DNA of 64,000 nt, from contig CM007989.1 of assembly GCA_002189035.1 (NCBI GenBank), positions 7,626,001 through 7,690,000 on the forward strand, read 5' to 3'. The notes under the pieces were generated by a model that ran no database searches, was not told the origin of the DNA, and saw only the letters and a program-made list of their open reading frames with translations. The position numbers were made by a program, and so were the translations under genes. The stretch is from Utricularia gibba. Lineage: Eukaryota > Plantae > Magnoliophyta. This document shows, piece after piece, positions 52,435-64,000 of this stretch; position 1 is the first letter of the stretch; the number at the start of each line of letters is the position of its first letter.

Positions 52435-53993
52435 GAGAGAAGCAGCTCAACGGTGCTCGTTGAAGAGTAAATGCGGCTTCTCCAAGTCGCCATTTTTTTA
52501 ATGGGAAGCCCTTTTCCTCACATGGATGCGCCGAGTATCATACACCAGAAGCAGGAGATATCGCCGGCGACGAGAGGAAACTAATGCTAAACACGCACCT
52601 TCAACCCAACTCAGACAAATTGATTCTGATAAGGAGCTGTTTGGTTTATGGAATTGTTTCGATTTAGATGAAGAGATTAAGTTTTCTTAATTGGAAGAAG
52701 TTTGAAATTACGTAAAACGAAGGGAGAATGTAGGTTTTAATTAAATTCAACTCGCTGGAATTAAACAATACCTATTATGTAAAGCCCTACCGGGAAACGA
52801 TGGCATAACCAATTACATATTGGTTACGGGTGAGAGATAAGAAGAAATTAAGCAAAATGGTAACGTAAACCTTGTAAAATACCTTTTCCAAGTAACTTTT
52901 GTGAAAGGAACTTCAAAGTTAATCATATTAAATTGAGTATAATTTCATGATAGGTGATCTAATTGGAACATATCAATCAAAAAGTAGTAAAAATATAAAA
53001 CTACAAAAATTAGATATTTGAAATGAATAATATTGTATGAAAAATGCATTAATCATGATATTTGATATCAATCCAAATTAGGGCAAAAAACCAATGGTAG
53101 GGCAAATGCAAAGAATTACCAAGAAATGGTAACAGAACCACTTTAGACAAATCTCACATTAGACGCGGACAAAGAAGGGGAATATTAAACCTTATCTAAG
53201 GACTTTCTAGAGCACAACAGAGCTTCCTTGTAATGACTTCAAAGTGATGCACACTTGGTTAGGAGCAATTTTGGAATGAGCTTTCTCCTGAGAAACTGCT
53301 AGCAAATAATAAAAAAATAAGTATTAGATACCTTAAATGAACAATATTTTACAAAAGTTATGTGGGTTGTGACACGTTAAGTCCTGAGTTTATTTAAACT
53401 CGTAAGATAAATTTGATAAAATTTATTACTCTTATGTTATATCTTACTAATCCCATCTGTCAACACTGAAGGTACTGGCACCCTAATTTGCATATTATGC
53501 TTTAATTCTGTCATATACTTTAATTCTTGTCAAATTCTGGCTAGTCTTATGTTTAACATGAGAGCATTATGAGCAATTTGGTAGCATAATTTAATTAATA
53601 ATTATTTAATTTTACAAATCAAACATATTTCAATAATACAGAACAACCTGTCTCTTAACACACATGTATTTAGAGATGTAAATAAACATACCTAAGGTAA
53701 GGATTTCTAATTAAAGAATATTGTATTGTTATTTATTAAATATTGCTACTCTAAAAAAACAAAAACAAAAAAAGACATGAACATAAAGACCAAGGTTATA
53801 TTTTGAATAGATGTTTTACGAGTAATTTTATTATCAAATACGAACGAATTACATTCTAAAAAAACTTAAAAATTTAGAATTTTTGAACAAGCAGTGGTAC
53901 AAAAAGTGAATCTATATAAAATGGAGGCGAAGCTGGCGTGAGAGGGAGAACACACTACTCAAGATACCAAACTTGGTGCTGAATCGAAAATTT

Positions 53994-54467
53994 CTATGAA
54001 CAGAAAGGTTCCACGTAGCCCTTGTAAGCACCATACAAGTTGGGTTTAGGGTCCACTTGTGAGCTTGAGATCGACCTTTCCTCAGAGGCCTGTGTGTTTA
54101 ATATTTTCAAGTGCTGGCGTGATATGGTATGGTGGGTAGTTAAGGCATCTTTTGACCCTGTTCCTGGTTGGGTTTCTCCAGTTTTGTGTACAATGGATTC
54201 GCAGACTGATTTCGCTGAGATTCCGGTGTGCGTGAAGGGGTTTGAATCCGGTGGCTGGTGAGTCTTTCCGCGGCAGTTGGCTTGAATTGAAAATTTGTCA
54301 TCGGAACTGGGAATGGCGGTAAATGAGGAGGAGCAGACACATTGATCAGGAGACAGCAAAACCAGAGGAAGAAGAAGAAGCAAATAATAAAAAAATGAAG
54401 AGCAAGTGGACGGAAGAATGCTCGGCCAAAGCCCTGAGTTGCCCCAGCCGGGACGCCATCGCATCAT
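53994..54467 (-). CDS. Orphan 157-aa ORF with a hydrophobic signal/TM-like segment
   Basis: Longest ORF in the gene-poor zone. FFYYLLLLLPLVLLS segment. TATA-like palindrome at 54495-54508 just upstream. No recognised domain. Confidence 0.3.
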   Translation of the reverse strand: MMRWRPGWGNSGLWPSILPSTCSSFFYYLLLLLPLVLLSPDQCVCSSSFTAIPSSDDKFSIQANCRGKTHQPPDSNPFTHTGISAKSVCESIVHKTGETQPGTGSKDALTTHHTISRQHLKILNTQASEERSISSSQVDPKPNLYGAYKGYVEPFCS

Positions 54468-57400
54468 CGGTTTCAGAAAAAGCCTGATGTGCAGATTTAT
54501 ATATAAATGGCCGTCAGAAAAAGGTGCTTTGTTTGTTCCAGATAGGCTGTCGGTTTAATCTTAGACACCATTTCAAATGAATGCAAAGTTGAAAAAATAA
54601 CAAAAACAACTCAATTTTAAGTTATTATAAAGACTCTCACCTATAACCTTCAAAATTGTAAGAATACATCTCAAACCCATGCAACAAATATCCAAATGAT
54701 TTTCAAAATTTTTTAAAAAAGAATCGATTTATGGCGAGAATTAACTATGATTTCAAATACAACAAAATTTCGTGATAGAAGTTTATGCTTTTATATATAG
54801 ATTTCGACAAATCAAAACCTCATATTAGAGTTATATTGCATTCTTGTTTCCTGATTTTTGGAGTTTAGTGAGGTAAGACCATCATAGAAAGAGAAATGAA
54901 AATTTTAGATTATAAGGATGCACCATTATTGACATTACAGTCAAAATCAATTATTTTTGGTAATATGAATAGTTAAATATGTAATTTCATAAATTTGGGG
55001 GCAAACTACTTATAAAAAAGTAAGTTGAATGACTTGTAGTGTAATGTTGAAACTTAGTAATTAAACTTTTTATATTCATTGTAACTTGGGATGCTATTGC
55101 AAAACTCCAACCATGCAAAGTTGCTTTCCTACTAGCTATGCTAAGACATTGGTAACACAAATAAAAACCGGTCATTTAGAAATTGTATAATTTTACATTA
55201 TCTTTTACATATTTAGGTTAAAAAATTTATATTATGAATGCCCATTTTTTTTTCACACACTGATGAGAGTATGGTAAAATATCTAATACATTCAACCCAT
55301 CACTCTAGAAAAACACTTTTTACTAAAATAGAACCCTAAACATCCAGGTATTGATAATAATTTATATTTGATATATTAGTTTAACAATATATGAATGTTT
55401 TACAAAACTAGTTTAAAGGACTTGGAATTCACTATTTCAAAACTCAACTTCTAAGATGATATCTAAGTGGGTTTTGCTAAATAACCAAATTTATAAGATG
55501 CTTGTCTTAATATAATTGATAAACAAAAACTATTTGTATCATTGCAATAAATTGAATTTTTATATCAAATAAATTTGTGAGCTCCACTATTCACAAAATA
55601 TAAATTAAACACAAGATGTATAATAGAATTTTGAGGTCAATCAAATAGCAAGTACTTGCTATGTGTTTTTTTAAATACAAGATCGTAGAATAAATGTCAA
55701 TATTAGTCTAAACTCAAATTAATAACAATACACAAATTCAATAAATAAAATTGAATGACACTGCAGAAAGTAACAAATACATGTCTTGTACACTATATAA
55801 TATTATGATGCATTAAAGTGATCTAGGTGATGTGGTACTAAAATCTTTAATTTAATATACAAAGTTTTTATACGCACAATTTCAAACAATCTAATTCTAT
55901 TCAAGTAATTTCTCATGTTTTTTTGTTAAAATAGCCTCTAATATTATCATATATTCCACACTTAAATCTATTCATGTACAAAATATCTAGAAGTAGGTAT
56001 ACTCATCTCTAATGGTTCTATACAAGAATAATACATAATATTCCCGTATTGATTCATTGATCTATCTCTAAATCAAGTATCTAAGTTGCAATGCTTTTTA
56101 TTCCCCCTTAGGTCTATTGAGAAATGATTAAAATGAAATCTAACTACACAATAATCGATTATCTCATAAACCTTAACCATATTACTTTTTCTCACCTTAA
56201 GTCATCCTTAAATTTAGCTTCATGTGTGATAAAAAAAAAGCATGATTTCATAAGTGTAACCTAACAAAAACATCAGAAACATTGTGATAAAATCAGTTAC
56301 AGAAATTTAATATCCAACAAACTAAAAACAAAGTATAATAGTTTTGTTCTCCACTTGGTGATGTTCATAGCACGAAACAATAGCGTTAAACTGGGTTGTT
56401 AGTGGTATTCTTAAAATTTTTGGCTTTTTTTTAAAAATTATCTCCTTTTTCCCTGTTATTCATGTTCAATGCATCAATGTGTGTGTTCTTTTTTAAAGCA
56501 CTCTAACCCTCATCTTTTTTTTCCTTTTCTCTCTTCCAAAATATCTTTTCTTTCATTGCTCAAAACAAGTATAGTTTTTTGACAATTTTACTACTTCTGC
56601 CTCTGACTTACAATTTTATGGGAGGAAGTGCACTTATTTTCCCCACTTTTTATGCTACTCTTTCGATGAAATGGCTGCTACACGAAATCTTTATTTCACT
56701 CTTTATATCAAACCTTTGCTGGTGTACTCAAAAATGGGTTAGAACATAGAATAGACTAAATCAAAGTGTTCAGCCCACTATCACACAAAATCATATAATT
56801 CCCTAAATTTTGGTAAAATAATAAAAACCATAGAATAAATACTTAAAATATAATTAAAAAATCATAATTTTTTATACTAAAAATAGGAAAAATTGTGTGT
56901 TATTAATCATCTAGCAAACATGGTATTATTTTAAACACGCATGTTCAAAACTTATGTATCAAATAAATTTTAATATTAACCGCATAATACATATAATATA
57001 TATATATATTTATTTATTTATTTATATATTTATCTAAATATAAATAAATCAATACATTATTTGTTATAATATCCTACCAAACACACCTTAGGTATGTCTT
57101 TAGTAAGTTTGTTTATGCTATGACACATAGGTATATTATGACATCAATATATTCTCTAAGATGGTTTGTAAAATATTTATGTAATATCTCTATATGAGGT
57201 ACTTGATCTTCATGTCAATCTATTATGCACCTATGCATCTAACTTTATTGTCCAAAAAGTGATTTTTCATGATGAAACAAGTTTTAATTTTTTTATTTCA
57301 TATATTTTAAATATATCTATTTATATAATATAATTTCAATTGTAATCATCTAATATAGGTTTTAATATCACTATTTGCAATATTATGTAGTTAAATCTAA

Positions 57401-59623
57401 TAAAATTATTATTGATTTTAAAAATGCACATTGAAAATAAATGCATTACTTCATAAAATATATTGGCATGTTGGTATATTTTGTAAAATATTGAATTTTT
57501 TATACATAATTAAATGATAAATGGAAAGAGTTTCGAGGATGGAGGTATGATCATCTCTCAAAATTACCCGGAAATTATGTGGTAATTTTCAATCTTTTGC
57601 AGTTACTCCACGTTACGAGAATTGAAAGTGGGAAAATCAACAGATCACAGATTGATTTGATGGGGCCCCGCCATTACTTCTCCGGTCGGTGGCGCCTGCG
57701 ACGGAATAAAATATTGGTTCTGGATAAGGCCGCATTTACTGTTCATGTCGGAGGGCCGGTGCGGAGCCGGCATTGCCCTTTTTCTATGAAGTAACCTGTA
57801 CTCCCCAATCCAAACACACTCCCCTGTACTCCTCTTTCTATAAACTAGGATAATGTACCATAAGCCAGTTCTTTCCTGTACTATTTGTTCACTTGTTGTA
57901 GGCACTTTATATTCGGTAGTAAAGTACGATCGTGCGCAATTAGGGTTGCAATGACGAGTTCGCAAGGTCAGCCTCCTCCCTCAACTTGATTTGCTTCTGG
58001 GTTAGTGAAATTTTTCGTGTTTTCATTGTTGTTGTTGCTGTCGTGATTTTATCGAGCAAAGTAGCCGTGATTTTACTGTTCTAAAAAGCCTAGTAAGGAT
58101 TTTCTGGTTCAAAGATAGAAGGATTATTGTCGTTGGCCAAGGCATCCTATACAAAACAGATCCAATAAACGTGCAGGAGATGACTGAAGCCCAAGATACA
58201 AGGATTACTTGTTCCTGCAACCAAGACAGAAGCCCAATCAAGACATACCGGATAAGGTGAAACACATTGGGACATAAATCCACTACATGTGTAATCTTCT
58301 AGATATGCTAATAGTGTGCACACGGGAACACTGTGCTGTGGTACATTGTCTACACGGTGCGTATTTGTAACATTGTTGATGTAATTTTGGTCGCTTGTTG
58401 CATTGGTTCAATTCAATTCTAATGAAACCAATTTTGTCTATTGTTTTGAGCTCCTCTAATTCTCTTTCGGGTTTTTAACTGTTTGTCTTTGTGTGTTTTG
58501 ATCACAATGATCATCTAAACACATAGATGGTAAAAACTGTATCAGAAGAGCAGGAAGCTTTTTTTGGAGGAAAAAATGCTTCTCAGAGAAGTAATGACAT
58601 AAGATTTGATACCTTCAGTGTGCAGCAGGACAGCCCGACGGGGATTACTGATTTCCATGTGACACGGATGAAGGCTTTCCTGAAGAACATAAAACTAATC
58701 TGTACCGGGAAGATGAATAACTAATACGCGAGGTGGCATATCAGGATAGAGCATCTACAAACGATTGGAGGAGTTATGGAGTTTCACACACTTTCTTCTG
58801 TTTCTGGCATGCTGATTCATGGTTTTCTTGCGTAGTGGTGATGTTTGCTATGCCCAAGTTAGATTACTCCTGTTCTTAGGGCAAATTCAGTGCTTTGTAT
58901 TCATGCTATTTATCAATGAACAGCTTAACTGTTTCTTAGCTCCATCCTCGAGTCCCCACTTTCATTCATCATCCTTTTACTCTGTTCGAGTCCTCACTTT
59001 CATTGGAAGTTTCTTTTCTGATTGCTGCATCTTCTTTTAAGCTCAAACACGATGTATCTTCTACTCCGGTGGACCGAGATGACTAAACACCAGATAAAAG
59101 GTGAAAATCAAGCTAATCATGTTTAGGGTCACATTACTTATATACCATCACGGGCAACATAACTCCCTGTTGACTGGCTCGGGCCATGGCGGATAAAGTT
59201 CAGATCCATGCGTTCCATTGGTTGAAGCCCCGGCGCTGTGCTCGATCATATGTTTTGGGGTTATGCTTCTCTGCGCCCCTATGAAGCTTTTTCGTGCAGT
59301 GTGAGTGGTGAGAAGGTTCCAGCAACCCATTTTTCAGCATATGAACATCATCATGGGAAGAAAAAAATAGGTTTTTTTGAAGTTCAGAAACACCTGCAAA
59401 CTAGTTTTTTGTTTTTGAACTTCTCCTGTCTGAACAAAAAGGAGAATGAAGAAGTATTCAGCTGGTTACTTCTGAAGCTGAGAACCAGAAGTTCGTACAC
59501 GCCTCTGGGATTGCATCTCTGTCTGATTTTACCTGAAAAATACTCACCATGCTGCTCTCAAAACACAAAAGGGAATGCAACAGTAGCTAAAGGAACAGAA
59601 ATTATTGCAAAAGAAAGCGGTGG

Positions 59624-59714
59624 GGTGACAGAAAGATAGAGAGCACTCATGGCTTCGAACAGCTGAAGCGAAGCTGCAAGAAAACACCCTGAGTGCTCTC
59701 TCTCTTCTGTCACC
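59624..59714 (-). ncRNA. MIR156: MIR156 family precursor hairpin (copy B), predicted mature UGACAGAAGAGAGAGAGCAC at 59712-59693
   Basis: Minus-strand 5' arm GGTGACAGAAGAGAGAGAGCACTCA pairs with 3' arm TGAGTGCTCTCTATCTTTCTGTCACC (one mismatch, one bulge). The mature sequence matches a known miR156 isoform as recalled. Confidence 0.92.
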
Positions 59715-59972
59715 TCCCTTACCCTTCACCCCATTTCACCACTCCATAAAAAAACTGAACTCAACCAGTGGATTTTACTTCGCCCCAGCGACGTGATCTG
59801 CTTTGTTTCTCTTAGGATGGCCCTCGAAAAAAAGTACAACGAAAAGGGGCTATTCCTTTGTTGTTAGGGAGGGAAGTACCCTCATTCCAGAAGCCCTTGA
59901 GAAGGATGGTTCCTGCACTATTACAAAGAAAGAATCTGTGAGTTGTGAAGGTAGAGGTACGTGGAACTGTCC

Positions 59973-59980
59973 CTTTTATA
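59973..59980 (-). promoter_or_regulatory. TATA box for MIR156 copy B
   Basis: TATAAAAG on the minus strand about 260 nt upstream of the hairpin. Confidence 0.55.
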
Positions 59981-62900
59981 GACGCAATACGAGGCCCCCC
60001 ACTTGACGTGAGCCCTCCCCAATTAGCACAAGAAAATTCAACATCATTTAGGGAATGAAAGAACCATACGACCCATAAAATATCTATAAAATAAAATAAA
60101 ATATAAAAACGTAAGAATTGAATATAGTAATTTTTTTTATAGAATTTGTCATCTTTTTAAAAAAAATTACCATATATTTTTTTAGAGTTAGAATGGGACC
60201 GATCCATAACTCACTTTTGTCTCATTTAGTGTCCATTTCAAACACAAATAATATCATAAAATAGAAATGTGAATCATAATATTTGACATCAAAATCAAAT
60301 TCGAGCCATAATATATAGTGGAATGATAGCTCACGAAGGTACGTATTATCTAACTAGTAGAGGTGAATACTACCTCGATTACGAACATCTGTGATAGAAA
60401 AAAACTTCCATTCACATTTCCAACTACCCCGACACACTCAAATAAACTTATTGTATTAATTACTAATAAATCATTGAAGTGAATGCAATTTGCAACCCGG
60501 GTACTGTGTTAATCCTTTCTGCGGCTTTCAGGTACATACTTTATCATCGTTTTGCGACGAGAAGGCCCCTGGAATCCAGAGAATGTTTTCACTTTCGGGA
60601 AAGGGTTTTCAAATGCGAAAGATTAAAGTGCTGAGATGGGTTCGTTGGAGTTGTTTAGTCTGACAAACAAGAGCTTGTTTTCTTGGGGATTCGCGTAATC
60701 AACTATGCTTAGGATTTCATTTCTTCCTTTCACCTCAGAAGAAACACTGGCTGGGCAGCAGCGTCTTCTCCAACATCTAGGCTTGTGGCTACTTCTGAAC
60801 AGTGTAATGAATGTAGAATTAAAAACACAGATTCCAAAACGATGATATTTTCAACTCCGAAAATGATGGCAGTGGGCGGCATTGTTGGTTTGGAGAATTC
60901 AAGTTTGAAAAAAAAACCCACAAATCAGCGCTCCCTGGGGACGAACTTGTTCTGTAGCCTGCTACAGAAAAAAAAAACGGAAGAACAAGCACCTGAAGGT
61001 TAAGGGTGTATTCGGTTCTCTTCCTTCAAAAATATTTATTTCTCTTCATAATAAATAATAGTATTCTTAAAAATAATAAATGCTTTTAGATTTTTTAAAA
61101 CTACTTTTGAAATGTTTTTTATAAAAATAAATTTTTCCAAAAAGTTCTTAAAAACACATAACTCTAAGAGTTCGTTTGATAATAACGTATTCATATATTT
61201 AAGTATAGTATAACTATATATATATATATATATATTTATTTCTATATAATATTTGATATACAAAAATATAAGTTTGATTATATGACTAGTATAGATATAA
61301 TAACATATCCCCTTCCCCCTCCCCCCTCCTACTTTTATTTGTATATACCACTTATATGCTTAAAAATGAGTGTGTGAATGATATAATCAAACAAAAATAT
61401 ACATATTCTAATTAATTAAATAATTTTTTATGTATAAACTTGAGTATAAATATTCTATACTATAAAATTGAATATTCTCTAAATCCAAACTACTTATAAA
61501 ATTTTATAGAAGAAATAAAAGCAATGTGTTGTAAACTCGATTCATGTGCGTGTTGGGGCAGTCCCGATGATGCCTCCCCACAAACAGGAGCGAAGGTCAG
61601 CATAATTCTTACACTGCACTTGGGAAGTTGTATAATAGCAATGCAAGAGAAGGGTTGGGATGGTAATAACGTTCCTGCAAGTGTGGACAAGGTGAAAAAT
61701 GTCCAACAAAAACCCTAACCCCTTTTTAAAAGCGCAATGACTACGAAATGGACATGGCGTTTTACCTTCACACGCAAAGAGGTCGTATCAAGTACCTTTC
61801 CGCCACTGGGAGTGTGCCGCGTGGCATCGCCAGCCGCCCCCTCGCCCTGCCCCCGCCCACAGACACATCCCGCCACAGGTTTCTGAAATCCACCCACAGT
61901 GCGAGCGCCAGCAACCCTAAACCCTCTTCCTAATTCCCAAATCAGCCCTAAATCTGAAAGCCCTAATAAATGCGGTTACTCTTCCAAAAGCGTGGGAGTA
62001 AACGTGCGAAAACTTATCACTTGTTTATCTGCGTTCCAGGCACAGCCCCATAAATGCGGTTAATCCAAAACCACTGAGTGAGAATATTCCAGGGATCTTC
62101 AATCCAATCAAGATGGAACTGAAAGATTTCTTGGATTTTGGGGTTTAGGGTTTTGGTATGGAATCTTCAAAATTCCTTTTTTATGCTGTGTTGACCATGA
62201 GTGGTTTGGGAATTTGGAAATGTTATAATATATGTATGAAAAAAATGGATAGGATTAATTTTTTATTTCATAATGTGTGTGATAGTACCAAAAAGGTAAG
62301 CAGATTTGTAAGTGATCCATTGATTAGGGTGTAAAATTGGTAACTCATAATTTGATGTGGAATCTTTCAAATGCCTTGATGGATAACATTCATCCAACTC
62401 ATCTCATCCTGAATTTCAACACGATTCGATTGCGTACATCTTCTTGTACTGGGTCATTTTGAATAATCGAAGTGAGGTTTGTCTAACAATCATCTCACTC
62501 AACACCTACTAAACATTCATAAAATATTTTTCACCCAAATGATGTTACATAGTTTTATGTTTTCTATATAACCATTCTTGGACTACTATTCTAGATCAAG
62601 TACGCTTCTCTTTGCTTTTCAAATACAACCGATTTCATCCTCCAGGATGAGTGCGATCATATTGATTTACGTCGTTCCCCAGGGCTTGGCATAGTTAATT
62701 TGGGTTGGGAGCTGATTTCACACATAATAAAAATTATCAATTTTTTATTATTTTGTTGACTTATCTTATGACGGAGACTTGGGTGTGGGAACGACAATAC
62801 AATATTCATGCATATCCGCGTAGGTTAGCAAGAGTGAGTCTGAAAATAAATGTCGTGAGCGGTGAACCTTCCAATCCGACCGTTGAACATAAAATAATGT

Positions 62901-64000
62901 TTCACTACATTTACTGTCCAAAAAAGGGGTTGCGTCTAGTACCTTTCCTTCAATGGGGATACGACACGTCGCACAGTGGGCTGACGTCCATGTGCCTCCA
63001 TCTGCACCAAATGCAACCCCTCATCCTTACATATTCAATGTAATAATTATATAGTTTTAATTTCGTGATTTCGTTACCAAGAGGCCAGATTTCTCTACAA
63101 GGAGCCGTCACCATCGCCCCAGCGCACTACACAACATTTTATGTGTTCAATTCACATGGATCATACGCAAAATTATTTCAGCATTCAATGCCCAAAAGGC
63201 GAAAGCCATCTCCTTTCGCGTTAATGAAGCTTGGGAACGTGGAAAAGTTATTAAAAACAAGAATTACTTGAAGAATTTTGATTTTTTTGAAGCAAACTGT
63301 TTATGGGACGATTCGATTCTGAGATGGGTTTCTTTGTGAGAAGATGGTCGGGTAGTTTTTGAATTGGGGCGATGCGATTCATCTTGTTGCAAAGGGGTTG
63401 GTTTGGGGTTCATTTTGGAGTGCGGCTGCCCCTGGTGCTTTATTTTAATGACTTCCCTTGCAGCAGAGGAGCTGGATTGATGGTGATCGCCCATGCTGTT
63501 GGAGACGACGACAACTGCAGGGCCACTTGTCACGTGTCTCGAAGCATTCACAAGATGTGGGAGACGACAAGAGCCGCGCTGCAGTAGGAGGAAAGGATGA
63601 GTGTGGTCGCTACATGCCCCCCAAAAGTTGTCGCAGATGGCTCTTGGATGCTCATTACAGCCATTATTTGACTGGGAGATTCCAAGGATATATTCTTATG
63701 CTTAGGCATTTGCTCCCTGGAACCAAAAAACTGCTGCTGCCTAGGACTGCATCGAGCTCTGTTTCTCGATAAAGTGGCGCACTTCTCTTGCCCTAATCAC
63801 AGTTTTAAACCTTTTAGGTTTAGGGTTCATCCTTGGAGACGAAGACATCATATTGTGACCACATTCGATCTGTTTGGTAGCAGAGGTCATTCCATCCACA
63901 AGTGTTTTCTACGCTTCTCGCAGCAAAACAGCTTCAGGATATTACCAGGAGACATTAAATCTGTAAGAAACAAGTGATTATTGGTGAGGAATTTGCGCAG

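Noticed and set aside
57075-57092. ACCAAACACACCTTA resembles a Tourist-like MITE terminal repeat (similar motifs near 52631 and 61001)
   Set aside because: No matching partner TIR or target-site duplication could be paired, so no element boundaries can be supported.
57815-57845. AGAAAGAGGAGTACAGGG on the minus strand loosely resembles miR529
   Set aside because: Several mismatches or gaps and no complementary arm forming a hairpin.
59957-59960. GTAC (SPL-binding core) near the MIR156B TSS, suggesting feedback
   Set aside because: A single 4-mer is expected by chance every few hundred bases and is not evidence on its own.
60352-60380. Small hairpin followed by CTAGT on the minus strand, like a Helitron 3' end
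   Set aside because: Only a 5-bp stem, and 2 nt rather than about 10 nt before CTAG. No 5' TC end or internal homology identified.
61911-61932. AACCCTAAACCCTCTTCC resembles the template region of plant telomerase RNA
   Set aside because: No upstream USE+TATA Pol III promoter, and no downstream G-rich pseudoknot or conserved 3' elements visible. Better explained as a telo-box.
63553-63566. USE-like TCCCACATC on the minus strand suggesting an snRNA gene
   Set aside because: Imperfect match to RTCCCACATCG, no TATA at the expected spacing, and no recognisable snRNA downstream.

Overview
Gene-dense flowering-plant nuclear DNA with short introns and very AT-rich spacers. Bases 1-50.3 kb hold 15 complete intron-aware gene models plus the 3' end of a 16th. 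In order: partial unknown gene, SCAR/WAVE, importin-beta, TBL3-type xylan acetyltransferase, NAC075-type TF, LRR protein, profilin, SPC24, PBL8-type RLCK-VII kinase, PECT1, CAF1, plastid glyoxalase I, RanBP2-type Zn-finger protein, MDM35/TRIAP1 (absent from the ORF track), aminopeptidase M1, RanBP1. Bases 50.3-64 kb are gene-poor but contain two equal-length (91 nt) MIR156 hairpins on the minus strand, each with its own TATA box. Eight single-base frameshifts in five genes all sit at short homopolymer runs, which points to long-read assembly error rather than pseudogenes. I found no CRISPR array, tRNA, rRNA or intact transposon, and I cannot claim a wholly new system. The best leads are two probable non-canonical (U12-type GT-AG and AT-AC) introns in SPC24, the tandem MIR156 pair with a variant mature sequence, and a few orphan ORFs. 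All family assignments come from motif recognition and recalled homologue sequences; no database search was run.
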